Below are positions 20,918 through 31,674 of a stretch of 64,000 nt of DNA, piece by piece (positions within the stretch are counted from its first letter, which is position 1; every line of letters begins with the position of its first letter). Below the pieces are notes generated by a model. That model was not told the origin of the DNA. It made no database searches and worked only from the letters and a program-made list of their open reading frames with translations. The stretch is from an uncultured delta proteobacterium (GTDB lineage Bacteria > Desulfobacterota > Desulfuromonadia > Desulfuromonadales > JACZKF01): positions 544,001-608,000 of the forward strand of contig CAWFKQ010000016.1 in the NCBI GenBank assembly GCA_963816395.1. Direction: 5' to 3'. Position numbers and translations under genes: made by a program.

Positions 20918-20953
20918 GGACCGGGGACTGGAGTACCTCCAGATCCCCGGTCC
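20918..20953. other. Strong intergenic hairpin between the ABC SBP gene and buk
   Basis: GGACCGGGGA-CTGGAG-TAC-CTCCAG-A-TCCCCGGTCC. Confidence 0.6.
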
Positions 20954-20972
20954 GCGAGTATCCCGACCTGGA

Positions 20973-22187
20973 TCAGGGTTCTTTCCCCGGATCCTTGACA
21001 TCCTTGATGGTTTCGAACTCGACATTGTAAATCTTGTCACCTATTTTTTCCGCTTTCCGGATGTAGACATTCTGAACGATGTCGCGCGTTTCCGGGTCGA
21101 TATAGATCGGGCCGCGCGGGCTCGCTATCTTCAGACCCTTGAGCACGGCCATCGCCTTGTCGCCATCGATGTTGCCGTTCAGCTCCCTGATCACGGTGTA
21201 GATGGCAGCCATGCCGTCATAGGCGCCGATCGCATGGGCATTGGGGCGGGTATTCGGATCGATTTTCTTGTAGGCGGCGATAAAGGCGGCATTCTCCGGG
21301 GAATCATGGGCGGCCGAGTAGTGGTAGCTCGAAATCATGCCCAGGGTGGCATCCCCCATCGAATCCATCGCACCATCGTCCAGCACGTCGCCGGTCGCCA
21401 GCAGGCGGACACCTGCCGCCGCCAGACCACGCTCCTGGAAGGACTTCATGAAAGATACCCCCATCTGGCCGGTAGGGAGAAAGACGAAGAGACCCTGCGG
21501 CTGGCCATCCTTGATGCGCTGCACGTAGGGAGCGAACTCCAGGGTTTTCAGCGGGACGCGCACTTCGCCGACGATTTCTCCACCCTTCGCTTTAAAAGCC
21601 TTCTGGAAAGCGGCTTCAGCATCATGGCCCGGGCCGTAGTCGGCCACCAGCGTGTAGACTTTGCGGAAACCGTTGTCATAGGCCCATTGCGCCATCGGCG
21701 CGGAGACCTGGGGAAGCGTGTGCGAAGTCCGGGCGATGTAAGGGGACTTGGCAGTGATGATGGAGGTCGCGGCCAGCATGTCGATCAGGGGGATTTTCGC
21801 CTCGGTGGCGATCGGCGCGCAGGCGAGTGCATCCGGGGTAAGGCCGAAACCGGCGAGAAAGTCCACCTTGTCCTGCACGACGAGCTCCTGGCAGAGCCGT
21901 TTCGCAACGGCCGGCAAGGGGCCGGTGGTATCCTTGAAGACCAACTCAATTTTCTTGCCGGCGACGGTATCGCCGTGCTGCGCCATATAAGTCTTGATGG
22001 CGTTGGTCATCTGCTTTCCGGAATCGGCAAAAGGCCCGGTCAATTGGAGAACGAGCCCGATCTTGATCGTGTCCGAGGCGGCAAAAGCCGGGCCGGCACA
22101 CAGCATAAGCACCCCACAGACAATGACCAATAAACTGCTCGTCGTCCTGCTGCGAGTTCGTGTCATACCAGGTGTCCTTTCTCTCAT
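20973..22187 (-). CDS. ABC substrate-binding protein (LivJ/HAAT family, aromatic-acid-binding type)
   Basis: Signal peptide, IKIGL, GFGLTP, ADYGPG, SPRGP.YIDPETRDIVQNVY. Confidence 0.88.
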   Translation of the reverse strand: MRERTPGMTRTRSRTTSSLLVIVCGVLMLCAGPAFAASDTIKIGLVLQLTGPFADSGKQMTNAIKTYMAQHGDTVAGKKIELVFKDTTGPLPAVAKRLCQELVVQDKVDFLAGFGLTPDALACAPIATEAKIPLIDMLAATSIITAKSPYIARTSHTLPQVSAPMAQWAYDNGFRKVYTLVADYGPGHDAEAAFQKAFKAKGGEIVGEVRVPLKTLEFAPYVQRIKDGQPQGLFVFLPTGQMGVSFMKSFQERGLAAAGVRLLATGDVLDDGAMDSMGDATLGMISSYHYSAAHDSPENAAFIAAYKKIDPNTRPNAHAIGAYDGMAAIYTVIRELNGNIDGDKAMAVLKGLKIASPRGPIYIDPETRDIVQNVYIRKAEKIGDKIYNVEFETIKDVKDPGKEP

Positions 22188-22302
22188 GGCGTTCTCCTTT
22201 GGTGAATCCTAGGGGCCCTAGGGAAAATCTGAGGAGGCAATACCCCCCAGACGATGTTGAAACGAGCTGCCCGCCATGCGAGATAAGCCCGGCGAGAAAA
22301 AA

Positions 22303-23112
22303 TCAGTAAGACATCAGGACCGGCAGGGTCATATCCCGCAGGAGCTGGCGGCCGACGGGTCCGAACACCCGTTTTCCCCCGGCCGTGTGGGCATAGACAC
22401 CGACCACGAGAAGGTCACACCCCTTGTCCCAGGCAAAATTCATCAAGATATTCGCCACCGGGATGTCGGCGGCCGGGATCTCTTCGCCGCTACACGACAG
22501 GCCGTGCCGCTGCAGGTGGGAGCAGAGGTCGCTGCAGGAGGGCTGCCGCAGGCGCGGATCGGCGGCAGTTCTTATGGAAAGGGCATAGATCTTCTTGGCC
22601 TTCATCAGCAGCGGCAGGGCGTCATTGACCGCCCGCGCCGAAGCGCGCGCGCCGCGCCAGGCCACAATTGAACAGGTGCCGACGGAGGTAAACTCCCCGG
22701 CATCGGGAACAATCAGCACCGGGCGCCCCGAACCGAAAATGATCCGCTCCGGCAGATCGGCCGGCGCGCCGTCCGGTAGCCTCTGCGCGCCGGCCTGGCC
22801 GAGGATGACGAGGTCGCGGGTGTGCGCGTAGTGATTGATGGCTGCAGCCACGCCGGCCTCGGCAATCCCCCCCTGCGCCAGGATCCACTCGACGGCAACG
22901 GCCGCCTTGGCCGCCGCCTGCCGAAGTTTTTGCTCGGCGGCCATCGCCTGTCGTTTCAGCCCTTCATACGCAGGCGCATAAGGGGGCTGGGTGAGCACAA
23001 ACAGCCCGGTCAGCTGCGCGCCCTGCTGGCGGGCCAGATGGATGGCCAGCTCGACCCTCTTGGCGCACGGCGGCGTCTCGTCGATGTGGAGGAGAATATC
23101 CTTGAAGCCCAT
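22303..23112 (-). CDS. Two-domain universal stress protein
   Basis: KDILLHID, DLVILGQ, GRPVLIVP, AW.G...SARAV, LPVLMS. Confidence 0.85.
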   Translation of the reverse strand: MGFKDILLHIDETPPCAKRVELAIHLARQQGAQLTGLFVLTQPPYAPAYEGLKRQAMAAEQKLRQAAAKAAVAVEWILAQGGIAEAGVAAAINHYAHTRDLVILGQAGAQRLPDGAPADLPERIIFGSGRPVLIVPDAGEFTSVGTCSIVAWRGARASARAVNDALPLLMKAKKIYALSIRTAADPRLRQPSCSDLCSHLQRHGLSCSGEEIPAADIPVANILMNFAWDKGCDLLVVGVYAHTAGGKRVFGPVGRQLLRDMTLPVLMSY

Positions 23113-23117
23113 ACGGA

Positions 23118-23846
23118 TCACCCCAGCCTCTGTAAGGGGGCTGTCTCGGCAGGCAGACGGACGCCCACCCACCGTTCCAGCACAGTCAGGTCCTTGCGCA
23201 GTTGCGCACTGTCGGCGGTCAGCACCACGCGGCCGCGGTCCAGGACCACGGCCCGATCGGTCAGCCGCAGGGCCTGTTCGGCGTGTTGTTCCACCAGGAT
23301 CAGGGACTGGCCCTGCGTGTGCACCATATCGGCGATCGCCGCACAGAGCTCTTCCACGATCACCGGCGCCAGCCCCTCCAGCGGTTCATCCAGCAGGAGC
23401 AGCTGCGGATTGAGCATCAGCGCCCGGCCAATCGCCAGCATCTGCTGCTCCCCGCCGGAGAGCTGGTTGCCGAAATATTTGCGCCGGGCCTGCAGGCGCG
23501 GAAACAGGGTGTAGATCCGCTGCAGGTCCCACTGGCCGGGAAGCGAGGTCACCGTCAGGTTTTCCTCCACCGTCAGGGAGGGGAAGACTTCCCGTTCCTG
23601 CGGCACCCAGCCGAAGCCGGCCCGGGCGCGGCGATAGGCCGGCATTTTCAACAAGTCCCGCCCCCGCCAGCGCAGCTCTCCCCGGTGGACCCGGGTATGG
23701 CCCATGAGCGTCAGCAGCAAGGTGCTCTTGCCGACCCCATTGCGGCCCAGCAGGGCCAGCGTCTCCCCTTCCTGCAGGGACAGGGAACAGTCATCCAGGA
23801 CGGTGGCTTCGCCGTAGCCGGCGAAGACGCCTTCAACCCTCAGCAT
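23118..23846 (-). CDS. livF: HAAT ABC ATPase
   Basis: GRNGVGKS, LSGGEQQM, LLLDEP. Confidence 0.92.
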   Translation of the reverse strand: MLRVEGVFAGYGEATVLDDCSLSLQEGETLALLGRNGVGKSTLLLTLMGHTRVHRGELRWRGRDLLKMPAYRRARAGFGWVPQEREVFPSLTVEENLTVTSLPGQWDLQRIYTLFPRLQARRKYFGNQLSGGEQQMLAIGRALMLNPQLLLLDEPLEGLAPVIVEELCAAIADMVHTQGQSLILVEQHAEQALRLTDRAVVLDRGRVVLTADSAQLRKDLTVLERWVGVRLPAETAPLQRLG

Positions 23847-23848
23847 CT

Positions 23849-24607
23849 CTAGTGGCCTTTCCCCAGGTACACCTCGCGCACGCGTGGATCCATGGCAATC
23901 TCGGCCGGCGGGCCGGTCACCAGCTCTTCCCCATTGACCAGCACCGTGATCCGGTCGGCAAAATTGAACACCAGGTTCATGTCATGTTCGATCAGGAGAA
24001 TACTGATGTCTTTCGGCAGGGCCGCCAGCACCGCAAACAGCTCCTCACTCTCGCCCTCCGGGACCCCGGCGGCCGGTTCATCCAGCAACAGCATCTTCGG
24101 GCTGGCCGCCAGGGCCAGCGCCATTTCCAGCAGGCGCTGTTTGCCGTAGGCGAGCTGGTGGGTGCGGACAAAACAATCCCGGGCCAGGTTCAAGCGCTCC
24201 AGCAGGGCATAGGCTTCGTCGATTTCCGCAATGCGCCGCGACAGCCGGGAGAAGCGCCTCTTCAGCAGGTTCAGCTGCCGCTGCTTGCGCACGCAGATCG
24301 CGTTGGTGACGGACTCCAGGGGCGTTAGATGGGCAAAGAGGGTATTGATCTGAAAGGTGCGCGAGAGCCCGCGCCGGACGCGCTCATGGGCCGGCAGTTG
24401 GGTGATGTTGCGCCCTTCCAGCCAGATCGAGCCCTCCGAGGGCCGCAAGACGCCGGTGATCTGATTGATCAGGGTGGTCTTGCCGGCGCCGTTGGGGCCG
24501 ATCAGCGCATGCCGGGCGCCGGCTTCGACGGCCAGATTCACCCCCTTGGTGACCATCAGCCCGCCAAAGGATTTCCACAGGCCGCGCGTTTCCAGAACAG
24601 CACTCAT
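23849..24607 (-). CDS. livG: HAAT ABC ATPase
   Basis: GPNGAGKT, LLDEPAAG, IEHDM, EVYLG. Confidence 0.92.
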   Translation of the reverse strand: MSAVLETRGLWKSFGGLMVTKGVNLAVEAGARHALIGPNGAGKTTLINQITGVLRPSEGSIWLEGRNITQLPAHERVRRGLSRTFQINTLFAHLTPLESVTNAICVRKQRQLNLLKRRFSRLSRRIAEIDEAYALLERLNLARDCFVRTHQLAYGKQRLLEMALALAASPKMLLLDEPAAGVPEGESEELFAVLAALPKDISILLIEHDMNLVFNFADRITVLVNGEELVTGPPAEIAMDPRVREVYLGKGH

Positions 24608-25623
24608 GCGGGATCCTTTTTGCGCCGCCGCAGCAGCGGCGCCAACCGGCCCAGGCCGCCGAGAATGCCGCCGCGCAGGTAGAGGGTCAGCACGATCAGC
24701 AGCACCCCCAGCCAGAAGTTCCAGTACTGCGGATTGATGCTGGAGAGCTGGTCCTGGGCCAGCATGAAGACGGCGGCGCCGACAAACCCCCCGTAGAGCG
24801 TCGCCGTGCCGCCGATGATCAGCATGATCAGCAGCTCCGCCGAGCGCTCAAAGCTCAAGACATCGAGGCTGACGAACTGGGTCGACTGGGTCAGCAGCGC
24901 CCCGGCAACGCCGGCGAGCGCCGCCGCATAGGTGTAGATGCTGGTCAAGGTGGCATTGACGGGGATGCCGATGGCCAGGGCCCGGGTCGAATTGTCCCGG
25001 AAACTGCGCAGGGCGAGGCCGTAGGGGGAATGCATCATGCTGCGGGTGAGGGCAAACAGGACAAAACTCACCCCCAGCACATACAGGTAAGAGGTCCGCC
25101 CATAGAGATCGAAGGAGAAGTGGTTGAACAGCTTGGCGATCTCAATGCCCTGCAGGCCATCGACGCCGCCGGTGAGACCGGAGGCGCTGTTGGCCATCTC
25201 ATAGAGCAGCAGACCGATCCCCATGGTGATCATCAGGCGGGTCAGATCACTGCCCCGCAGCAGGAAAAAGCTGGTGAGATACCCCACCGCCGCGGCGACC
25301 AGGCCGGCCGCCAGCAGGCCGCTCAGCGGCTCGTGCCAGCCGTGGGCGGCCAGCAGGCCCGCCGTATACGCCCCCAGGCCGAAAAAGGCGGCATGGCCCA
25401 GGGTCACGATGCCGCCGTAACCGAGCACCAGGTCGAGAGAGAGGGCAAACAAGCCGGTGATCAGGATCTGGGAGGCGAACACCAGGTGGGTCGGAAAGGC
25501 GAAAAACAGGCCCAGCAGAGTGCTCCAGAACAGAATCTCCAGCGGCTGCCAGCCGTCGCGCGCCTGCAGGGCCTGAAGATAGCCCTTCTCGCGGGGCACC
25601 AGGGCACTGGGGGACGCGCTCAT
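24604..25623 (-). CDS. livM: HAAT ABC permease
   Basis: LGHAAFFGLGAY, LTGGVDG. Confidence 0.9.
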   Translation of the reverse strand: MSASPSALVPREKGYLQALQARDGWQPLEILFWSTLLGLFFAFPTHLVFASQILITGLFALSLDLVLGYGGIVTLGHAAFFGLGAYTAGLLAAHGWHEPLSGLLAAGLVAAAVGYLTSFFLLRGSDLTRLMITMGIGLLLYEMANSASGLTGGVDGLQGIEIAKLFNHFSFDLYGRTSYLYVLGVSFVLFALTRSMMHSPYGLALRSFRDNSTRALAIGIPVNATLTSIYTYAAALAGVAGALLTQSTQFVSLDVLSFERSAELLIMLIIGGTATLYGGFVGAAVFMLAQDQLSSINPQYWNFWLGVLLIVLTLYLRGGILGGLGRLAPLLRRRKKDPA

Positions 25624-26489
25624 CGGGTCTTCCGCCGTCCCAGCAGCCCTTCGGGGAAGAGCAGCAGCAGCAGGATCATGGCCGCATAGATGATGAAGGC
25701 GCCCACCTGGGGCACATAGTACTTGCCGGCAATATCGGCCACCCCCAGCAGCAGCGCGGCCAGCAGGGTGCCGAGCACCGAACCGGGGCCGCCGACCACC
25801 ACGACCAGCAGAAAATAGACGAGATACTTGATCGCAAACTGCGGGTCCAGGCCGAGGACCTTGATGCCGAGGGCGCCGCCGAGGGCGGCCAGGCCGCTGC
25901 CGAGGGCAAAGGTGATCTGGAAGACCCGCTCGACCCGGATCCCCATCGCCGCCGCGGTGCGCTGGTTATCGACCGAGGCGCGGATTTTTGCCCCGAAACG
26001 GGTGCGCACCAGGCCGAAGAGCAGGGCGAGGGTGATCGCGGCGCCGATGGCCATCAGGAACAGGCTGTAGCGCGACATGTCGAGGCCGCCCAGGGAAAAC
26101 TGGCCGGAGAGCCCCGGCGGAATGACCACCGGCTGCGGATTCGGCCCCCACTGGAAATCGGCGCCCGCCGTGGCGATGAAAATGATCCCGACCGTCAGCA
26201 GCACCTGGTCGAGCGGGCTGCTTTTATACAGGGGGCGATAGAGCGTTCGTTCCAGGGCCAGACTGGCCAGGGCCACCGTGAGGAAAACCACCGGCAAAGC
26301 CGCCAGGAACCCCAGGCCCGCCTTGCCCATCAGGTCCACCAGCAGGTAGCCGCCCGCCATGGCGAAGACGCCATGGGCAAGGTTGTTGAAGCCCATCAGC
26401 CCCAGGGTAATGGAGAGCCCGACGGAGATGGCAAACAGCAGCATGCCAAAGGCCAGGCCGTCGAACAGAATGCCGAAAAAATTGAGCAT
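25620..26489 (-). CDS. livH: HAAT ABC permease
   Basis: GLSITLG, NLAHG, TRFGAKIRA. Confidence 0.9.
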   Translation of the reverse strand: MLNFFGILFDGLAFGMLLFAISVGLSITLGLMGFNNLAHGVFAMAGGYLLVDLMGKAGLGFLAALPVVFLTVALASLALERTLYRPLYKSSPLDQVLLTVGIIFIATAGADFQWGPNPQPVVIPPGLSGQFSLGGLDMSRYSLFLMAIGAAITLALLFGLVRTRFGAKIRASVDNQRTAAAMGIRVERVFQITFALGSGLAALGGALGIKVLGLDPQFAIKYLVYFLLVVVVGGPGSVLGTLLAALLLGVADIAGKYYVPQVGAFIIYAAMILLLLLFPEGLLGRRKTR

Positions 26490-26623
26490 GAAAACTCCCA
26501 GCGGAAGTGAGTCCTGCTAGCCACTCATCGCCTAAAAATATTTGTTAGATCACGTGTTAATGGTCTCCTTCTGTCGGCAAGCCAGGGGGGATGGACCCTG
26601 GTGAGTTGGTGTACCCTTGGCGC

Positions 26624-27734
26624 CTATACCGTTTTCCCCGGATCGACCACCGCAGTAAGCCCCGATGCAGCGGTGGAACCACACCTGTGGAAGGTGGACA
26701 ACTCCGTCGGGTCGTAAACAGGGGTATCGGCCAAATTGCCGTTTCGCGCGTTGTCGGGGGGAAGACCCAGGACGGCCCTGGTGACCAGAGTCCTGGCGAT
26801 CTCGATCTTGTAGGCGTTTCGACTCAGCGGTTTGGCCCCGGCCATGGCCAGTTCGCCTGCCCGGGCGGCGGTATTCTCGTCGATGGCCCTGCCCCTTAAA
26901 AACTCCTCGGCCGCCACGGCCCGATGCGCTCCAGGGGCTACGGCACCGAGGGCGATGCGGGCCTCGCTGCAGACGCCCTTTTCCATGATGCTGACCGCCG
27001 CGACGCTGACGATGGCAAAATCGATGGGGCGGCGGAGGGTAAATTTGGAAAAGACCTGCCGTGACCGACCGGGGAGCGCCGGAACCTCGATTTCCCTGAT
27101 CATCTCGTCCCTGCCCAGACGATTGCCCAGCGGGGTGTAGAATTCCCTGACCGCGAGCCGCCGTTCACCGGCCGGCCCTGCCACCAGGATCTGGGCATCG
27201 AGGGCGGTCAAAGCTACGGCCATATCCGAGGGGCAGACGGCAAAACATTTCCGCCCCTCCAGAAGGGCGTGATAGCGGTTGTCGCCCCGCACGGCAAGGC
27301 AAGGCCCGCTCCCCTTGCGCGCGCATTGGATGGGGCCGCCGATGTGGCGCGGATAGCGGTAATAGCAGCAGCGCACATCCTGACAGAGGTTGCCGCCGAT
27401 GGTCGCCACATTGCGGATCTGTGGGCTGGCCACGGCCCGGGCCGCCTCGGCGAGAACGCCGTAACGCTCCCTGAGCAGTGGGGCGGCCGCCAGATCGGAG
27501 AGTTTTGCCAGTGCCCCAATCCGGAGGCACCCCTTGCTCCTCCCGGATGTAATCGAGGCCGCTGATGGTTTTGATATTGACGATCGCCTCCGGGTACGTC
27601 GGGAGGAATTCATCCTTCAGCAGACCGAAAAGATCGGTGCCGCCGGCATTGAGCCGCGCCTTGCCGTCGTGCTCCACCAGGGCCGCCACGGCCTGATCGA
27701 CGGTCAGCGCGTTGATATGGGTAAACGGCTTCAT
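26624..27734 (-). CDS. Xanthine-dehydrogenase-family FAD subunit with [4Fe-4S] insertion; frameshift ~27535
   Basis: AGGTDL, QIRNVATIGGNLCQDVRCCYYR...CARKG..CLA, PSD; split over two ORFs. Confidence 0.85.
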
Positions 27735-30022
27735 GCTCCACCTCCTGTCCGGGGGCCGCGCGCAACCTTGCCCAAGGCCCTGAGGACTTTCTCCGGCGTG
27801 ACGGGATATTCGTGCAGCCAGACGCCGATGGCGTTGGAAACGGCCATCAGGATGGCCATCGGACCGGGGGATGTGGCCACCTCGCCGACCCCGATGGCCT
27901 TGAAACGGTGGCTGTCAACGGGGGTTTCCAGAACCACATTGTCGATGGCGGGGAGTTCGGCAAAGGTGCGCCATTTATAGTCGATCAGATTGGCGTTGAG
28001 GATGTGGCCCGTGGTGCTGTCGAGCACCGTTTCCTCGAAGAGGGCGCTGTCGATGCCGGAAGAGCCGAGGCAGCCGTTGAGCTGCCCTTCGAGGCCGGGG
28101 GGGTCGATGATCTGGCCGGCATCCGTGGCGTTGACGACCCGCAGGAGATCGACCTTGCCGGTTTCCGTATCCACCTCGACCTCGACGAAGGTCGTCATGC
28201 AGTTGGCCAGGGTATAATCCGGATCGAAACGGCCATAGCCCAGGATGGTCCGTTCATGGCCGATGGCCCGCCATGGGAGGCGCCGCTCCGGCTGCTCGTT
28301 GACAAAGATCACCCCGTCGGCAGTCTCCAGATCCTCGGGGTTTGCCGCCAGCAGCGGCGCGGCAAGTGCGAGGAGCTTTTCTCTGGCGTCTTCCGCCGCC
28401 TTGATGGCGGCGCTGCCGATGGCGTAGGTCCCCCGGGAGCCGACCGGGCCGAACTCAAACGGGTTGATCAGCGAATCGGCGGGGGTCACCGAGATCTGCT
28501 CCATGGGCAACTGCAGGACCTCGGCCACCATCTTGACGAAGTTGCTGCGCTGCCCGGTGCCATGCTCGGTGACGCAGGAGAACAGAATGGCGGTCCCGTC
28601 GGGATGCAAGCGCACATAGGCTTCCGACGAATCCTCGCCGATATCGGCATTGCCATGGACGCCGACGCCGATCCCCCTTCGCCTGGCGCCTTCCACGGCG
28701 CTGGGCTGCAGCCATCCCCGCCACTTTTCCTGCCAGCCGAACCGCCTGGCCCCCTGCTCCATGGCCTCCGAAAAATCGAGTCCCCGGTAGGTGTACCAGA
28801 CGCCATCACGCCAGAAGTAACCGTCCCCGGGCTTGACGTAGTTCTTCTTGATGAACTCCACCGGATCGAGATCGATCTTTTCCATGGCCTGGCAGAGGAG
28901 CGGGATGAAGGAGCATTTCAACTCCTGGCCGCCGAAGCCCCTGACACTCCCCGAGGCGTTGCGGTTGGTGCAGACAATGGTGGTCTTCAGGTCCCAGTTG
29001 GCGCAGCGGGTCATGAGCTGCACCTCGCCGCACCCGACGGCTACCTGGGCCTGGGTCGTCATGGAATAGTACCCCGTGTCGACCAGCCACCTGCCGGCAA
29101 CCGCCGTCACCGTCCCGTCGCGCTTCATGCCCACCCGGGCCTGCATCCGCGACCCCGGCCTGAGGACGAACGCCGCGATATGCTCTTCCTTGGTGAAAAT
29201 GAGCTTTACCGGCCGTCCCGTCGCCCGGCTCAGAAGGGTGGCGTAGGTCTGGACCTGCCACGACATGATCTTTGTGCCGAAGCTGCCGCCGCAGGCCGCG
29301 CCCTGGGTCCGCACCTCCACCTTCCTGCCGAAGATATAGAAGAGAACGATCTTGTCCAGATAGGGTGACTGATTGGATACCCACAGGGTCACCCGGTCAG
29401 GTTCCTCCCAGACAGCCACCGCCCCCGGCGGTTCCGGCGGAATGGGGTTGGGGATATTTTCATAGCCGAAGGTCCCTTCTGCGATCACATCGGCCTCGCG
29501 AAACCCCTGTTCCACATCGCCGGTGACCACCTCTCTCAGGCTTTTGGGCCCGTAGGCAGGGAAACCCGGGGTCACGACGTTGCCGGGCAACTCGTCGTAG
29601 AGCTGGGGAGCATCCGGCTGCAGCGCCTCTTCGACGTCAAATACGGCCGCGAGCGGCTCGTATTCGACAGCGATGAGGCCCAGCGCCTCCTTTGCGATCT
29701 CCTCGGTGGTGGCAGCGACGAGCGCCACGGCATCGCCGATATAGCGCACCTTCCGGTCGAGAATCCGGACGATGCGGGGCGTGCCCCCTTTCCAGTCCGG
29801 CACGTCCTCCCAGGTCAGCACGGCCTTGACCCCGGGCAGCTGCTCGGCCCGGCTCTTGTCGATTTTTTTGATCAGGGCATGCGGATGCGGACTGCGCAGC
29901 ACTTTGCCATAGAGCAGATTGGGAAACTTTATATCGTTCAGGTACTGGGTCGCACCGGTGACCACCTCCACCGCATCCTTGCGCCGAGTCGACTTGCCGA
30001 TAAAGCGATAGGTCCCGGTCAT
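27731..30022 (-). CDS. Xanthine-dehydrogenase-family Mo-binding large subunit
   Basis: RSPHPHA, GGSFG, RGFGG, GSRGT, GVGE. Confidence 0.92.
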   Translation of the reverse strand: MTGTYRFIGKSTRRKDAVEVVTGATQYLNDIKFPNLLYGKVLRSPHPHALIKKIDKSRAEQLPGVKAVLTWEDVPDWKGGTPRIVRILDRKVRYIGDAVALVAATTEEIAKEALGLIAVEYEPLAAVFDVEEALQPDAPQLYDELPGNVVTPGFPAYGPKSLREVVTGDVEQGFREADVIAEGTFGYENIPNPIPPEPPGAVAVWEEPDRVTLWVSNQSPYLDKIVLFYIFGRKVEVRTQGAACGGSFGTKIMSWQVQTYATLLSRATGRPVKLIFTKEEHIAAFVLRPGSRMQARVGMKRDGTVTAVAGRWLVDTGYYSMTTQAQVAVGCGEVQLMTRCANWDLKTTIVCTNRNASGSVRGFGGQELKCSFIPLLCQAMEKIDLDPVEFIKKNYVKPGDGYFWRDGVWYTYRGLDFSEAMEQGARRFGWQEKWRGWLQPSAVEGARRRGIGVGVHGNADIGEDSSEAYVRLHPDGTAILFSCVTEHGTGQRSNFVKMVAEVLQLPMEQISVTPADSLINPFEFGPVGSRGTYAIGSAAIKAAEDAREKLLALAAPLLAANPEDLETADGVIFVNEQPERRLPWRAIGHERTILGYGRFDPDYTLANCMTTFVEVEVDTETGKVDLLRVVNATDAGQIIDPPGLEGQLNGCLGSSGIDSALFEETVLDSTTGHILNANLIDYKWRTFAELPAIDNVVLETPVDSHRFKAIGVGEVATSPGPMAILMAVSNAIGVWLHEYPVTPEKVLRALGKVARGPRTGGGA

Positions 30023-30543
30023 TTCTCACTCCCCCCTGCCGCCGCCATAACGGCCCTGAGCACCTGGTAATGGCTGATGCAGCGGCAGAAGTTACCGGAC
30101 AGGGCCTCTTTTGCCTCTTCCTCGGTAGGGGACGGATTTTCGCTGAGGAGCGCCTTTGCGCTCAGGATCATTCCGGGCGTGCAAAAGCCGCACTGGAAGG
30201 CCGTATGGTCGATGAAAGACTGCTGCAGGGGGTCGAGCCGGCCGGTCTCGGAGTCCCGCAGCCCCTCGATGGTCGTTATTCTCTTCCCCTGGCACTCGAT
30301 CGTCAGGGTCATGCAGGAAAGGACTGCCTTCCCATCCATAAGAACGGTACAGGATCCGCAAGCCCCGTTGTCGCAAGTCACCTTGGTGCCGACCAGGCCC
30401 AGGGTCTCCCTCAGGGTATGAGCCAGGGTGTGCGATGTTTCCAGCTGGTGGGGCTGGCTGCCGATCTCCAGCACCACGGGCATTTCGTTGACGAAAAAGC
30501 GGACGTTTCTGGATTCCCCCCTTCTCTCCGTCACCATTTCCAT
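30019..30543 (-). CDS. Xanthine-dehydrogenase-family 2x[2Fe-2S] subunit
   Basis: CDNGACGSCTV, QCGFCTPG, CRC; AGGAG RBS. Confidence 0.92.
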   Translation of the reverse strand: MEMVTERRGESRNVRFFVNEMPVVLEIGSQPHQLETSHTLAHTLRETLGLVGTKVTCDNGACGSCTVLMDGKAVLSCMTLTIECQGKRITTIEGLRDSETGRLDPLQQSFIDHTAFQCGFCTPGMILSAKALLSENPSPTEEEAKEALSGNFCRCISHYQVLRAVMAAAGGSEK

Positions 30544-30591
30544 AGCGTCTCCTTTGGCTGCCGCCAACTCCGGCGAACTCAATTCAAACCC

Positions 30592-31374
30592 TCAATCGAC
30601 CTGGGCACCCAGTTGCCGCGAGAGGAACTTCCCCGCGGCGACCACCTGCGTTCCGAAGGCGCGGGCTTCCTGTTCCGAAAACAGGCCGACCATGGCGATG
30701 TAACCTATGGGAGCTGTCCCCGGACCGAACACCGGTACCGCCAGGGAGTTGAGCCCCGGCTTCATCTCTCCCATATCCAGGGCAAATCCTTCGCGGCGAC
30801 ACTGGTCCATCTCCCGTTGCAGGCGTTCCCTGTCGAAATTTTTCGCCGGCCCATGGAAATAGACCGAAGGCTCCTGAAGCAGAAGCTCTCGCTCGGCCTC
30901 GGGAAGAAACGCCGCGATCGCCTTGCCGTGAGAGCCATAGGACAAGGGAAAACGGTGGCCGACGCGGATCGTGACCCCCATATCCGTCCCCCCCTCGTGC
31001 TTGGCGACAACGAACACCTTATTGCCGGCGATGAGTCCGAAGGTCGCCGTGCAGCCGAGCTTTAGTGCAAGCTCCTCCAACACCGGCTTGGCAAGCTGCG
31101 GCGCATCGAGGTCATCGAGAGCCTTGCGGGAAAGCGCGATCAGGGCGGGCCCCAAAGCGTACCCTTTGCGGTCGCCATTTCTTCGCACCAGACCGAACGC
31201 CTGGAGGGTCTGCAGGATGGAGTAAGCCTTGCTCTTGTGGATCCCCACCTGGGCGCAGATCTCCAGCAGACTCATGTGGGCGGTGAGGTTTCCGGCCAGG
31301 GCAAAAATGATCCGACAGGCCTGTTCCACCGCTGGAACCAGGTATTTTTGCGTGCTTCTATTTTTATCGTCCAT
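30592..31374 (-). CDS. IclR-family transcriptional regulator
   Basis: VPAVEQA, HTH GIHKSKAYSILQTL, SHGKA, SLAVPVF. Confidence 0.92.
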   Translation of the reverse strand: MDDKNRSTQKYLVPAVEQACRIIFALAGNLTAHMSLLEICAQVGIHKSKAYSILQTLQAFGLVRRNGDRKGYALGPALIALSRKALDDLDAPQLAKPVLEELALKLGCTATFGLIAGNKVFVVAKHEGGTDMGVTIRVGHRFPLSYGSHGKAIAAFLPEAERELLLQEPSVYFHGPAKNFDRERLQREMDQCRREGFALDMGEMKPGLNSLAVPVFGPGTAPIGYIAMVGLFSEQEARAFGTQVVAAGKFLSRQLGAQVD

Positions 31375-31384
31375 GAGCCATATT

Positions 31385-31449
31385 GTTCTGTATATAGAAC
31401 CTGTGTTTTGTATGCAGAAATACTAGCAAGGCGCAAGCCTGGCTGTCAA
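31385..31449 (-). promoter_or_regulatory. Sigma70-like promoter plus two tandem 16-bp imperfect palindromes
   Basis: Minus strand TTGACA-18-TAGTAT; GTTCTGTATATAGAAC (31385) and GTTTTGTATGCAGAAA (31405). Confidence 0.6.
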
Positions 31450-31674
31450 GAAAAAGTTACACTGTTCTATTTGGAGAGGTAAATACTGCCAAAAGGTTTA
31501 AAAAAACGCAATTAAACAGGGCTTAAGGTTGTTTTACATTTAAGGTAGGGAGGACGAGGACGACCGCAGGCAATGTTTGCTGCGGCGGTCCTGGTCGGCT
31601 TTGCCTGGGGGAATCAGCCACTCCCGCCAGCCGGGCGGCGTCCATTCTGCGGGACCGGGCCGGAGTGTTTTTTC

